From Octopus sinensis (Eukaryota), in contig NC_043001.1 of assembly GCF_006345805.1 (NCBI RefSeq), positions 82,584,001 to 82,648,000 on the forward strand: a stretch of 64,000 nt of DNA, written 5' to 3'. Position numbers and translations under genes: made by a program. The notes under the pieces are model-generated. The model saw only the letters and a program-made list of their open reading frames with translations. It searched no databases and had not been told where the DNA came from. Shown in pieces: positions 40,104-53,399 of the stretch. Each line of letters opens with the position of its first letter. Within the stretch, counting starts at the first letter, position 1.

Positions 40104-40194
40104 CACTAGACACGTTTCTTTCCTTCTTTCATTTCCTTGGTGTAAGTACTAGTAATACACAAGGTTGATACGTTTCAGTTGTCTGTTATTTTTC

Positions 40195-40725
40195 AGTTGT
40201 TCTAGCTATTGGATTGTGGCCATGATGGAGCACTGCATTGAAGGATTTAAGTTGAACAATTCGAGCCAGTACTTATTTTTAAGCCAAATGCTTAATGTAT
40301 CGAACACTAGATTACGGTGACGTAAACAAACCAACACAACACTGATTGTCAAGCGGTGGTGGGACAAACACACACTCTCACACACACATACATACTCACA
40401 CACACACTCACACAAACCCATATATACACACATTATGTATTAGCGTATGTGTGTGTGTGTACATATATCTTTTTGGTAATATTGGTTCTCGAAGCACACA
40501 TAAAGCTATAAATAATAGCATGTAAATATAAGAATGAAAAAACCCTTTTGAATAGAAAAGAATGAACTGGCTTCCACACAGTTTCTAACCACCAAACTCA
40601 CCCACAAGGCATTGGTCGACCGGGAGCTAGGGCTGTAGTAGAAGATACTTAAGGTTTCACGCAGTGGGACAGTACCCGAAACCATGTGGCTGCAAAGCGA
40701 GCTTCCTAACCACAGAGTCATACCT
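40195..40725 (-). mobile_element. SINE family A, diverged
   Basis: Head and tail motifs match 508-905. Confidence 0.8.
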
Positions 40726-41239
40726 GACCCTAAATTACATTTTCCAAATATGACTTTTTTTGTTGTTTGGCTGTCTAGAAAAGAAATTATTAATTAAGAA
40801 TAATTGAAGACACAATATTATCCTTTAAGGGTTGAAAAAATAAGTACCTGTGAGAGGTCTTTCTTAATTGTGATTTTCCCTAATTTACAGTACAGCTTTG
40901 CATCAGTAAGCGCATTAGTATCAACGTGCTACCCACCAGGAGGTATAAAGTAATATAGGTTACAGGTATAAATAAACACCTTGATACACAAATACATTTA
41001 CACATATACGCACCTTCATATATATATATACTCTCATGCGCATGTACATACACAAACACACACACACACACACACACATTATACATATACATATACACAT
41101 AATTACATAAACGTCACCATACACATATGCAGATTCAGAGACACTATTCACAAAGTTTTCGCACTTTACATATATGTAAATAGGTACGTTTCAATGTGTG
41201 TGTATTCATAATTTATTAAGCATTGTCTTCTAATCACCA

Positions 41240-41318
41240 TTCCCACTCTATCTCTGTCTCTGTCTGTCTGTCTGCCTCTCTCTCCCTCTCTCCCTCTGTC
41301 TGTCTACTTGTCTGTCTG

Positions 41319-41399
<81 letters not shown>

Positions 41400-41772
41400 C
41401 TTTTCTCTCTCGTTCTTTGTTTCTCTGTGAGTTTGTCTGTTTGAATCACTGTGAGACTGCCTATCTGCGAGTCTGTCTGTCCGTGAGTCTCTCGGTCTGT
41501 CTGTTCCTCTTTTGTCTTTGTCTCTGTCTCTCTATCTCCATCCCCCGCTCTGTTTCTGTCTCTCTCCCTCGCTCTGTCTCTTTCTCTCTACCTCTGTCTC
41601 TGTTTCTATCTCTTTCTCTCTCCCTCTCCCCCTCTCTCTCATATATACTATCCACACACAAATACACTCACACACACATACATATGCATATGTAGAGGAC
41701 TGTTATCGTATGAAACAAAATTTACCAACGTCATGTATATTCGCTTATATACATACATATATACATACATAT

Positions 41773-41814
<42 letters not shown>

Positions 41815-41993
41815 TATATATATAATATATATATATGTACGCATATACAGCTATATAAAACCATGAAAGGCCATAAACTAAACTTCAAACGCAACCCATC
41901 CGTCAGACATATTGTATGCATATGTATATATATATATATATAATATATATATATAGATATATATATATATATATATATGTACGTATGTATGTT

Positions 41994-42068
<75 letters not shown>

Positions 42069-42081
42069 CATATATGTATAC

Positions 42082-42113
<32 letters not shown>

Positions 42114-42794
42114 ATACATATATATGTATATATATATATATATATGTATATGTGTGTGTGTGTGTGTGTGTATGTGTGTGTATGTATGTATACATATATA
42201 TGTATATATATATATCCATATATATCCATGACGGGATATTTCGGTAGAGCCAACCTATTCTAAATTGCTCACCAATGGACATCTGTATTTTGATTGGAAA
42301 CCTAATGTTTATTCGTGGACTGGTAAGCGAGGAATTTACCATTCCTCTTATCACGTGGTCTGTTTATTTGGCTTAGAGATGTCTGTTTAAAAAAAAAGGG
42401 AAGCTTTAGAAACTATATCTCTGATTACATTTGCATTCAGTTAGATTTTGTAATGTATACATAAATACATAAAACATACATACATACATACATACATACA
42501 CATACATACATACATACATACATACATACATACATACATACATACATACATGCATGCATACATACATACATACATATATACATACATACACAGACACACA
42601 CCCACGCACACACAAATACTCGAAGTACAGACCCCCACACAAATGCGCACACACGTAAATTGATTCATAAATCAATGTTGGGATAAGTATGTGTGAATAT
42701 GTATATGCGTGTGTGTGTATGTATATATGTATGCATGAATGTTTATTGATAGATAGATAGATGTGTGTGAATATGTATATGTAGATATATATAT

Positions 42795-42846
<52 letters not shown>

Positions 42847-43560
42847 CATATATATATGCATGCATGTATGCATGTATATATGAAAGTATGTGTATGTGTG
42901 TGTATAGATATATAGATGTGTGTGAATATGTATATGTATATATATGTGTGTGTATACATATATATGCATGCATGTATGTATATGTGTGTTTGTGTGTGTA
43001 TGTGTGTGTTGAGATATCGAATAGAATGTTAATGCCTCTAAACGTTAAGATACATTTGTTACACATGAATGTATAAAAGTTGTATATGTGTATATATATG
43101 CAGGTGAGTGTATGAGAGTGTGTGCATCTGTATGCATATTTCTTCTGTTTGCGTCCATGTATTTGTTTACTGTTCAAAGACGGTGCATTTTACTCTGTTA
43201 GAGGTAGGCACATGCTTGTATACACAAGTATGCGTACACACATACATGCTGGCATACATACATACATACACACATCGATCCCTCGATCCCTGCATGCATA
43301 CAGTCAACATCCACTCTTTTGTGTTTCTTTCTTTCCCTCTCTCTCTCTCTCTCTTTCTCTCTCACTCACTCACTTTCTATATATTTATATATACGTATAG
43401 ACATATATGTATGCATACATGCATGCATACATACGAAGGCATGTATGTGGTAATATATGGATATTGCATGTATAGACGCATAATAAATATATACATATAT
43501 ACATACATATATATGTATATATATATATATACGCACACACACGCACACACACACATTTAT
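41240..43560. repeat. Large compound microsatellite field: (CT)n, (TA)n, (TACA)n, (TG)n
   Basis: Directly visible, with short unique islands such as 42230-42420. Confidence 0.9.
42248..42322 (+). CDS. Candidate 75-nt coding exon, product unknown: (E)[24 protein letters not shown](G)
   Basis: Bounded by AG and GTAAGC, length divisible by 3 (phase 1-1), open frame with complex composition. The polypyrimidine tract is weak and no partner exon was identified. Confidence 0.3.
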
Positions 43561-44077
43561 ATATATAATCCTGACAGTACTTTGACTTCAAAACCGGAGT
43601 CTTTTGGTTTTGCTAATGAACGGCTTTTATTCTGTCAAGAAACTAAAATATATTTTAATTTAATATATATTAATTTGATTTTGAGAAAGCGTACATATAC
43701 ACACGTTCTTAAGATACACTCGCACTCACAGATATACACACATATGTGAATGTGTGTGCGTAAGACCGTTGCGTGTGTGTGTGTGTGTGTGTGTATGTGT
43801 GTGTGTGAGTGTGTATGTGTGTGTGTGTGTGGATTAGTGTGTGTTCTTTGAGATCTATTTATGTCTTTATTCATGGAATTCACGCCGCTCGCTAACAAAG
43901 TGACAAGACTGTTTCGGTATAGATGATGCCCGTGGTTTGTAAAATGTGTTTATGTTAGTGTGTATATTATATTCAATTAAAGAATTTCAGATGGGAAAAT
44001 CTTTGGCATGTCACAAACACTCAAAGACACACTCAAAATCGCAATCATATACAAATATATACTCAAATAAATACGCG

Positions 44078-44145
<68 letters not shown>

Positions 44146-44189
44146 TATATAAATTTATAAAACAAGAAGATGAAATAAGTAAGATTTAA

Positions 44190-45295
44190 TCACAAATTGC
44201 AATATCTGTTTCTGTGCTTTAGTGTCAGCTGTTAGTTGCTGATTGTGCATATTAGAAATATCTCGATTTTTAAATGTTGCCAGATCTTTCGGCTACAAAG
44301 TTTGTAAGGAGTTACAGATTGAAGATGGAAACGTATCACCAGTATCAAAGCATAAAAAGCATTCTAAACGCTCTGAAATCATCAGAACACCTGAATTTAT
44401 CCAGCAAGTTCAACAGAACATTGATTAGAATCCCAGAAATTCCATGTGGTCAATTGCAAAAGAATTCTATGTGTCACAAGGAACAATCAGAAATGTTGTC
44501 CACGAAGACATCAGATATAAATCTTATATGATGAGGAAAGATCAATTTGTCAGAAAAAGCAAAAGAAAATCTTACTACATCAGATCTAAAAGGCTCTTAA
44601 ACAAACTGAAAAATCCAGCAGAAGAAAATTTGATTTGGTTTTTCTCAAACGAGAAAAACTTCGACCAAGATCAAAAAGTTAACAGAAGAAATCACAGATG
44701 GTTATGTGCAGACCCTTCTGAAGTTCCAAGTGTTACGCATACAACATTTCTTGCAGCTATCGTGGTTTTAGGGGTTGTCAGCAATGAAGGACATTTGATA
44801 TCTCCTTACTTCTTTCCATAAAGCCTTAGAGTTAACTCTGCCGCCGACATTGAGGTTCTGGAAATAATATGTGTTTCAGTAAGACTCTGCACTATCACAC
44901 ATGGCTCTAGTAACACAGGAACGGATGGCTGAAAAGTTTCATGATCACATAACCCCTAACATTTGGCCTCCTAATTCCCCAAATCTCAATTCATTAGACT
45001 ATTACATTTGGAGTCAATGAGCACGCCCATAGCACCAAAAATTCTTTGAAAGAAGCCATAGTCAGAGTAATGTCCAAAATGAACCAGGACCACTTGATTC
45101 GAGCTTGTAGATGATTTAGATCTCATATAAAAGCAGTTGTTGAAGCAGCTGAACGTGGCTTTATTGAATAACATTATAGAAAAGAAAGTTTATTTTTATC
45201 CTCATAGCATTTTTGGATAAATAAACTTATTATCTGTTATATACCTGTTTTTGTTTATAAACATGAATCTGTCCTCAAATATCTTACGCACCCTG
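44190..45295 (+). mobile_element. Tc1/mariner-superfamily transposon (maT/DD37D-like), 5'-truncated pseudogene
   Basis: Motifs are WFFSNEKNFDQDQKVNRRNHRW, VLGVVSNEGH, YVFQ*DSA and WPPNSPNLNSLDYYIW. The right TIR is GTCCTCAAATATCTTACGCACCCTG followed by TA. No left TIR was seen. Confidence 0.85.
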
Positions 45296-46384
45296 TACAT
45301 ATTATATATACGGATGTTATTAGTGCACAGAAACAAATGTAATTTGTGATTAAACCCTGTTCATTCTATCTTCTTGGTTTATAAATTTTTATAGGGAGCG
45401 TGCCTATGCTAACGGATTTCCACATGTATACCCTATAAATTTTATATGAATCTTGCCTATACTAACGGATTTCCACTTGTATACCCAGTAAAAAAGTAAT
45501 GTTTCCGTATGATGATATGTGATAGCTGACAACTGTAGAGGGGCTTTGAGATACACGTTATAATATTAATATCCAGATGATATTAAATGTGTGTGGGCGC
45601 GTGCATGTGTGCGTGTGTGGGGGGGGGGTACGACGGACTTTGTGGGAATTCCTTAATATTCCTTATCATGTCCTACCATTCTAACAGAAACCGACCGTTT
45701 ATCGAATGAAAAGCAAATCAAACGTAAATATGTATGTAGATACATATTTAATACTTACACTATTTACATATGCTTCAAGCATATTTAACCCAGCAGCAAA
45801 ATGTTAACGTTTTCCTATTTAAGCAGAGAAAGAAATATTTACTCATGCAACATAATATAATATTATTCATGCAAAATATTATTTTGCTTGCTCAAAATTC
45901 GCTAGTTTCTTTGCCAAGGAAGCTGCTAAGGGCATTGTAGTGTTCGTTAGTTGTAGCTCCAAGCTCTAAACGGTAACCCAAAGAATAATGCACTTTCAAA
46001 CGAAAAAAAGGTGTCTTTGAATTGTGGATAATAGAATTTTCAACCTTATCTCTTATAGTTTTCTTGTTTCAGTCATTGGACTGCGGTCATGATGGAGCAC
46101 CATCTAGAAGGGTTTAGTCGAACAGGTCGACCCCAGACATCAGGTACATGAGGACTCTACCCTCATGACTCTCCTGTGGATAGTAAACGAAAAGGATGGT
46201 TGGATGCCTGGCTGGCTGATTGGCTGGCTGGCTGGATGGATGGATTGGTGGCGGAATCGAGGGGTGGATGGATAGATGGATAGCTGGTTTGATACAGATC
46301 TGATTAGGAAATTCGGTTCTTCATGAAACTTTACTTTGATTTCCTCGAGTTGCCACTGTCAATACGAAAGTTCTGAATATGGTT

Positions 46385-46606
46385 CGCGTCGTTCGTCAGC
46401 CAGAGGAAATTGCTGTGCCATAACCCTACCATTCAGTATTGTTGTACTGTATCTTTTGAGTTTTCTAACAACCAAAACTTCTCTTCCCTCAGGTCTCTTT
46501 GCTTTGATGTTGTCCAAGATTATCTCTCGTACCATGTGCTTACAACAATCGGGGTGTACCTGTTTTTTGTTGACGTTTCTGACCGAAAGTTTTGTGCCTG
46601 TCAGTT
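46385..46606 (-). mobile_element. RTE/BovB-like LINE endonuclease N-terminal relic
   Basis: MVREIILDNIKAKRPEGREVLVVRKLKRYS...LADE resembles the RTE APE start (NVRTLLDN...RPERRTALVARELKRY...LADE). Confidence 0.55.
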
Positions 46607-46630
46607 ACATTAAAGAGTTTGTTGTTATCA

Positions 46631-46870
46631 AACGTTCGATCGCTTGGAGATGAAACAGAGACACAAGATTACTTACTGCCAAGGCATCCTTGAAAGATTT
46701 CAGCATTGATTCGGATTCTTGGAAGAATCTTGTTACCGAGCGCCTTAAAATATATCTTCATAGAATTAGTTTGAACCGGGTGAAAAGTGTGTAGATAGCA
46801 TATGGGTGACACCTTTATTAACAAATGAAAGATGGTAGGTCTGCATAAAATTGGGAGTTGAACGAAGTGA
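46631..46870 (+). mobile_element. RTE-clade LINE C-terminal relic, copy 1
   Basis: TAKASLKDFSIDSDSWKNLVTER resembles RTE KDTLKASLKDFxIDxxSWE. It shares AAAGTGTGTAGATAGCA with 47893. Confidence 0.6.
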
Positions 46871-47479
46871 AAAAAACATTCAGAATCTTTTTCTGACTCT
46901 TTGTTCGAGATAGGGAAGTGGGACCTCACAAAGCTCTCTTCAGGCTTTCGGTGGTTTCCTGGATTTCATCTTTGTCTCAGAATCCAATAAAGAACAATTA
47001 TACGTGAAAGCCTTTTTCTATCCCTTTCCTCGGGGGAGTGTTGTGGGTGCTGCGGACTCCAGAAAGCTCTCGTCAGTTTTTCATTGGTTTCTTGGATTTT
47101 ATTTGTGTCTCAGGAACCAATAAAGAACAACTATACAATCTGAGCTGCTTGTGTAATAGTTTCTCGTCTGCAGTTATACATCCTAGCCACTCCTCCGTCA
47201 CCACATGACTTGTGATTTGGCAAGTTTATAATGTCATAACTTGCACGTAAATTGGTTTTAAGTGAAAGACATTTGTGCAACATCAGCCTCACTCACTTAT
47301 CCAGGCTTAGCTTGATCCGGGAACAAGACGAGTCAAAACAGCTGGACGTAGGTTTCGATGTAGTCCAGGACTTGTAAAGTCTCTCGTCATTCTCTTAACA
47401 TTTCAGATTGTTTGTTAAGATCACTTTCTTTACATTGCAAGATTCACTTTAGGTTCCGTTCCTTCAATCCACCGGACTC

Positions 47480-47985
47480 AATATTCACATACAAGGATAA
47501 ACACACCTTGACTAACCGAGAGTTCGAGACGCGTTAGCTACCCTTATATAGTTTAGTCTGCCAGTCATAGCTGTGTCACTGCTGATCACACTACATCTTT
47601 GAACCACAGGTGAGAGCTGTATGCCAAGTGAAAAACAAAAGTGGTCGACTTATTCCCAAAGTAATACGATAAAAACATCCACCAAATGCGCTACACCTAC
47701 CTTAACACCCATAAAACCTTTTCTACTAAGAGTTTGTAGTTTGTAGACAGTCGGTTGGTTGGAAACGAAATTGCCACAAGGATACTGTCAAAGAATCCTT
47801 GACAGACTTCGGCATTAACACACAGTTACGGGAGAGTTTTGTTCGTTAAAGACCTACTATATCTATTCGTAGAAATAGTATATAACAGATGTAAAGTGTG
47901 TAGATAGCAAGTGGGAGAACATGTCAATGCAGAACGTTACTAGAATATAAAAGATAAGATATCTACGGAAGATTGTTGTTGCATG
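47480..47985 (+). mobile_element. RTE-clade LINE C-terminal relic, copy 2
   Basis: NLFY*EFVVCRQSVGWKRNCHKDTVK-SLTDFGINTQ resembles KxLFYGELxxGKRSVGGQKKRFKDTLKASLKDFGI. Confidence 0.6.
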
Positions 47986-48417
47986 TGAAACCGAAGTCTT
48001 TCACAAATAGAATTTGTGACATAACTGAACACTTAGATGAAACATAGTTGATCGAATGCGTGTCTGAGAGAGACCCGTTGATGCATTCATCGATACGGGG
48101 TCTGGCAGAAAGTTTTTGATCCATAAGGCGATGATGCATGCATCGATAGGGGGTCTGGCAGAAAGTTTTTGATCCATAAGACGAGAATTAATGGAGTCTA
48201 CTTCTGGCTAACTTTGCTGGAAAATTTCTCAAGCTGGGTACAATCGAAAATTTTGCTATTGCCCAGAGCAACCCTTTTGTTTTCACTGATGCGTTGACTG
48301 CAGCATCAGAGCACTTTAGCTCATATTTCTAGCATTGTAGATGTTCTAATATCCTCTGTCATATTTTTAGTGATACATTGCTAAACAGCTGTCTAATGTA
48401 ATTATATATATATATAT

Positions 48418-48479
<62 letters not shown>

Positions 48480-48483
<4 letters not shown>

Positions 48484-49880
48484 AAGGGTGAAAAGGAACA
48501 CACGAGTTGATATATATGAAAAAATAAGTCAAAATAGAAAATGCTAAAATAATTTTATAGTGAACATTTCAGTACCGGTTTCGGTCATTTTGAGACCTTT
48601 TCAACTGTAACGATTAAATAATTAAATTTAGAAAAATTAGAAGAAAAGTTTTTTTAAAGGAATATTTCTATAGTAGTGTTCAGATATAAGTGGCATTCTG
48701 CCTTTCTCTGACTCCCTTGTTTGCACTTGTGTGTTGGAGGTCGTTGTGAATTCTTGGTAGGGTAGAAGAAGAAGAAGGCTGATGAGGAGAGGGGGTGGGA
48801 AAATCTGGTAGTGCCCTGATGGTCGTATTTTGAATGGTCAGTGGCGGCTAGCAGTCTCAGTTCAATTCAGGAGAATATTTCTATTGAAAGGCTTGTTTAT
48901 GGAATTTGCGTAGGTGTTATACTAAAAAGCATTAGTGACAAAGTTAAGAGGTAGAAGGTGGAGAAGTAGAAGAAGAAGAAGAAGAAGAAGAAGAAGAAGA
49001 AAAAGAAGAAGAAGAAGAAGAAGAAGGAGAAGAAGAAGAAGATGACGATGTTGATGATGATGATGATGAAGAAGAAGAAGAAGGAGAAGGAGAAGGAGAA
49101 GATGATGATGATGGTGGTGATGATGATGACGACGATGATGATGATAATGATGATGATGAAGAAGAAGAGGAAGAAGAAGAAAAAAACAGAGAAGGGAGAA
49201 TATGAATGGGTGAAAGTAGTGAGGTGTTGTATGACTTGAAGTTGGCATGTTATAGATTATAGCTGTGATTGGGGCTGATTAGTAATGGATTCTTTGGAAT
49301 GTAATATTTGTGTGTGTATATTTCTTTTATTCTAAAGTTGAGGTATATTAATTGTTTGTCGTAGACCCGTTAAGAAGTGGTCTGTATTTTGTAATAAAGA
49401 GAGTTTCTTTACTTATTCGTTGTCTCGAGGTTGTATTGTCCCTAAATTGGTAGAGGGGGAAAATCCTGAAGCTTGGTGTTTTTTTGTTGGCGCAAGTATC
49501 TATGTGTTGGCTAAAAGCTATTTTTCTGTTTTGGGGAATTTTTATCTGGGATCTGTGCAGGGCCATTCGTTTACGCAAACTATTTTTTGTTTGGCCTATG
49601 TACTGCTCTTGACACCCGGAGCAGGTTAGTGAGTATATTAGGTTCTCCGAAGCACATGTGAAGTTGCTTTTCACTGTAAACCGTTATCCCTGTTTGAAGG
49701 AGAACTCTGATCCCTCAATTAGATAGTCGCATATCCCGCAATTGGGTCTTCCACATTTTTTTACTGTCGGCTTCTGTGTTGAAGAGTGAATTCGGGCTTG
49801 TGTTAGGAGACTTTTCATGGATTTAGGCTGTCTCTTGCTTTTTATGATCGTGTGTGTTTGGAGGATTGTGTTCATTCTGT
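48480..49880 (-). mobile_element. Penelope-like element 3' part (zinc-knuckle linker, GIY-YIG, 3' UTR, hammerhead terminus)
   Basis: A continuous frame reads KKCGRPNCGICDYLIEGSEFSFKQG*RFTVKSNFTCASENLIYSLTCSGCQEQYIGQTKNSLRKRMALH...KETLFITKYRPLLN with one in-frame TAA at 49684-49686. A (CTT/CAT)n tract lies in the UTR and a hammerhead motif at 48570-48607. Confidence 0.9.
49348..49674 (-). pseudogene. PLE GIY-YIG endonuclease domain (108 codons still open)
   Basis: LIY...YIG motif with CxxC, followed by the conserved R, H, E and N positions. Confidence 0.88.
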
Positions 49881-49882
49881 GG

Positions 49883-49989
<107 letters not shown>

Positions 49990-49996
49990 TATATAA

Positions 49997-50317
49997 GAGC
50001 AATCCGTCGGTTACGACGACGAGGGTCCCAGCTGATACAATCAACGGAACAGCTTGCTCGTGAAATTAACGTGCAAGTGGCTGAGCATTCCACAGACACG
50101 TGTATCCTTAACGTAGTTCACAAGGAGATTCAACGTGACACAGAATATGACAAGGCTGGCCCTTTGAAATACAGGCACTACTCATTTTTGCCAGTTGAGT
50201 GGACTGGAGTAACGTGAAATAAAGTGTCTTGCTCAAGGACACAACGCGTCGCCAGGAATCGAACTCACAACCTTACGATCATGAGTCGAATGCCTTAACC
50301 ACTAAGCCACGTACCCT
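49997..50317 (-). mobile_element. tRNA-derived SINE, family D (full length)
   Basis: Head CGTGGCTTAGTGGTTAAGGCATTCGACTCATGATCGTAAGGTTGTGAGTTCGATTCCTGG carries A and B boxes. Other copies lie at about 7530-7755 and 63350-63570. Confidence 0.9.
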
Positions 50318-52009
50318 CACACACACACATACGCATACATTATATATATATATATATATGCATGTGTGTGTGTGTGTGTGTGTAATGGGATTCACAGTTT
50401 GATTTCGCTCATAAAAGACTCAATATTACCTGATGATTTAGTGGGAATAACGTAATATCATGTATTATTATCCATTATTGACTGAATAACCACGATATAG
50501 AAACACATGTAGGAAAATATTTTGAGCTACCCATTTCTGTTCCCTTCCTATGTAGATATCACTAATATTTATGCTCATTGTATGGATGAAGTAAGGATTT
50601 GAACTGCGGATATGACTTTATAATTTCAGTGTTTCAGTAACTCAGAGCAAGATATTTATTTTTACATAGTTTAGATTATTATGATGAAAAACAGATCTCA
50701 GAAAATGTTTGAAAGCATCCGGGGTAGACCAACGTCTATCCTGAAGAATTTTTTCCTCATCACTTAACGATAAAAATCTGTTTTACATACCAATTTTACT
50801 TTGCTTTATTCAATTCTCAGTTTAAGCCTTACCACCAATTTTAGTATTTCTCAATAAGCAATATTTGTAACACCTTTCCGATCTGAAGACGCAATTTTTA
50901 TTCATTCATTTCCTTCTAGAAATAAATGCGCAAAACTAAGTTGGCACCATACTCTGTCTATGTCTTTAACCTGGCAGTCTCTGACCAAGCAATAAATCAT
51001 CTTTGATTCGGAAAAAGAATATGTATATCTATACAACTGACCTATGTTCGGTTTATCTTGATAAATCATGAGACTTGTTTAAATGCTGTTATATAAATTG
51101 ATCATCTTGTTGTTGTTGCCGTTGTTCTTCTTTTAGCTATTTTCTTCTTGTTGCTTTTGGCTGTTATTCAATGAGATGTTGCGGTTATATCTTTTTTTTT
51201 CAGTGAGATAACTAAATAAGTTCTTATACATTTTTACTAATTTTTCAAACTATTATTTCGTCTAACAAGGCACAAGGCCAATTTCATCAACAAAATAGTT
51301 TTACAAGAATTACAATCTAGCTAATGGTACCTCGTATCTTAATACTTATTTTATCAATGGTTCCCTTACATATTCAATAAAATGTCTAATCGTAATACAT
51401 TTTCATATAAGGATTTCTAACACAGTCACAAGTTCACAATAATTATTATAGAAAGGGGGAAAATAAATTTAATTGACTTTAGTACTTTATAGTATTTACT
51501 GCATTACCCCAAAAGGTTAATAAATAAGTCATCATCTGTGATATTTAAGCGTAGAACTTAAAGAGACGTAACTGAGAAACAAACTGAATCCTATAAATAA
51601 TGAGAAGAATGTTCATTCCACGAGTGTTGCATTGCTTCTTATGATGTAAACGGCATTTGCACTGTTAATTCCACAGAGTCTGCAACGGTTATTGTATTTA
51701 GGTGTTTTATCTGCATCTTTATCTCATTTATTTTATTGTGTGCTGTTTCTGGATTGCAAAAGCAAACCCTTCAAAATAAGAACTAATTTAACAGTTTTTG
51801 ATTCAGAATAGACTACATTTGAATCGCCATTTGTGTATCATATTAAATGTGTATACAACGTTAGAAGGCATGAAACAGCAGAACTGTCGAAGATGAAGTT
51901 TCTTCGTAGACTTGTTTTAGTTTTATGCTATTTCATTTGTTTACATCAACTTTTTTCCACTGCCAAGCAAGCTTCCGCTATCCCAATGAATTTATTATTA
52001 TTATTATTA

Positions 52010-52049
<40 letters not shown>

Positions 52050-52247
52050 GAATCGTTAGCGCGCTAGGCAAAATGCTTATCGGTATTTCGCTCGTCGCTA
52101 CGTTCTGAGTTCAAATTCCACCGAGGTCGACTTTACCTTTCATCCTTTTGCGGCCGATAAGATAAGTACCAGGTAAGCACTGGGACCAATGTAATCGACT
52201 TATCCCCCTCCACCGAAATTTCAGGCCTTGTGCCTATATTAGAAAGG

Positions 52248-52317
<70 letters not shown>

Positions 52318-52565
52318 CATCATCATCATTATTATTATCATTAAAATTGGTGAGCTGGCAGAATCGTTAGCACGCCGGACGAAATGCTTAGCGGTATTTC
52401 ACCCATCGCTACGCTCTGTGTTCAAATTCCGCCGCGGCCGACTTTATCGTTCATCCTTTCGGAGTCGATAAAATAAGTACCTGTTACACACTGCGGTCGA
52501 TGTAATCGACTCATCCTCTTCCCTAAAATAGCCGCCCTTGTGGAAAATATTTGAAACCATTATTA
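52050..52565 (+). mobile_element. Two family B SINEs in tandem separated by (TTA)n
   Basis: Bodies at about 52050-52248 and 52348-52560, each ending in a (TTA)n tail. Confidence 0.85.
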
Positions 52566-52747
52566 TTATTATTATTATTATCATTAACAAGACTCGAGAA
52601 CGGCAGAACACGTCTGTCGTTTTCGCGAGTCACTGCATCGTCAATGTTCGTCTCACTCCGGTATGTATTGTATTTTTAACACAAAAAATATTTATGAAGA
52701 GATTTTTTTAAATCTCAGGTAGTTTCATAGCTGCATACTTTTCAACG

Positions 52748-52779
<32 letters not shown>

Positions 52780-53399
52780 TTAATATTATATACAGACGGC
52801 CTATGTAACTACACTACATACATTCTGTGGTCTAATACCTTGATAACCTCCGTTGTAAAAGATCATTGATGTAACGTCGCTAATATAACATCTACACAAC
52901 GTTTGTACAATGACTGTTATATGAGGTGTTTATAACGTTATAATTTATAAATGACATTCATTACAAATATGTTCTAAGTTGCATTTAATCCTTGTAATAA
53001 ATATAATGGTTTATGAAGCACAACACAAACGAAGTCGGTAGAGGCCCTTATATCTCATGGCATGTGTGGTATGCTTGAAGATGTTTGTATTAACAGCCTT
53101 TATAATATATATAATGTAATACATATAAATGAGAAGCGGGGGTTAGCAATGAAGAATATTTGACACGCATGGATCTAAATAAATCATTCAAATTGAAAAC
53201 AGAATCACTGTGATGTAATTCTAAGCGGTTTAAGGAAGTAGCGGTTTTAATCACCTCTCATGTTTATACAAATAGTTTAAAATAAAGAACTGTATCGAAC
53301 ATCTCCGCTACTTTGGAAAATATTAAACCACAGGACAGAAAATTTAAACTAGGTAATGTTCGACTAGTGATGTGATATTATTTCTTCTTATTGTCAGGG

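Noticed and set aside
41745-43749. Many long YI/CV/HT-repeat ORFs
   Set aside because: These are dinucleotide and tetranucleotide repeats lacking stop codons, not genes.
45398-45483. 33-bp direct repeat pair (also a ~55-bp duplication at 58808-58950)
   Set aside because: Only two units with no spacer series, so this is ordinary local slippage and not a CRISPR-like array.
52593-52635. GC-rich hairpin GACTCGAGAACGGCAGA...TCTGTCGTTTTTCGCGAGTC
   Set aside because: It is a single short imperfect hairpin, with no second copy or Helitron CTAG end to support an assignment.
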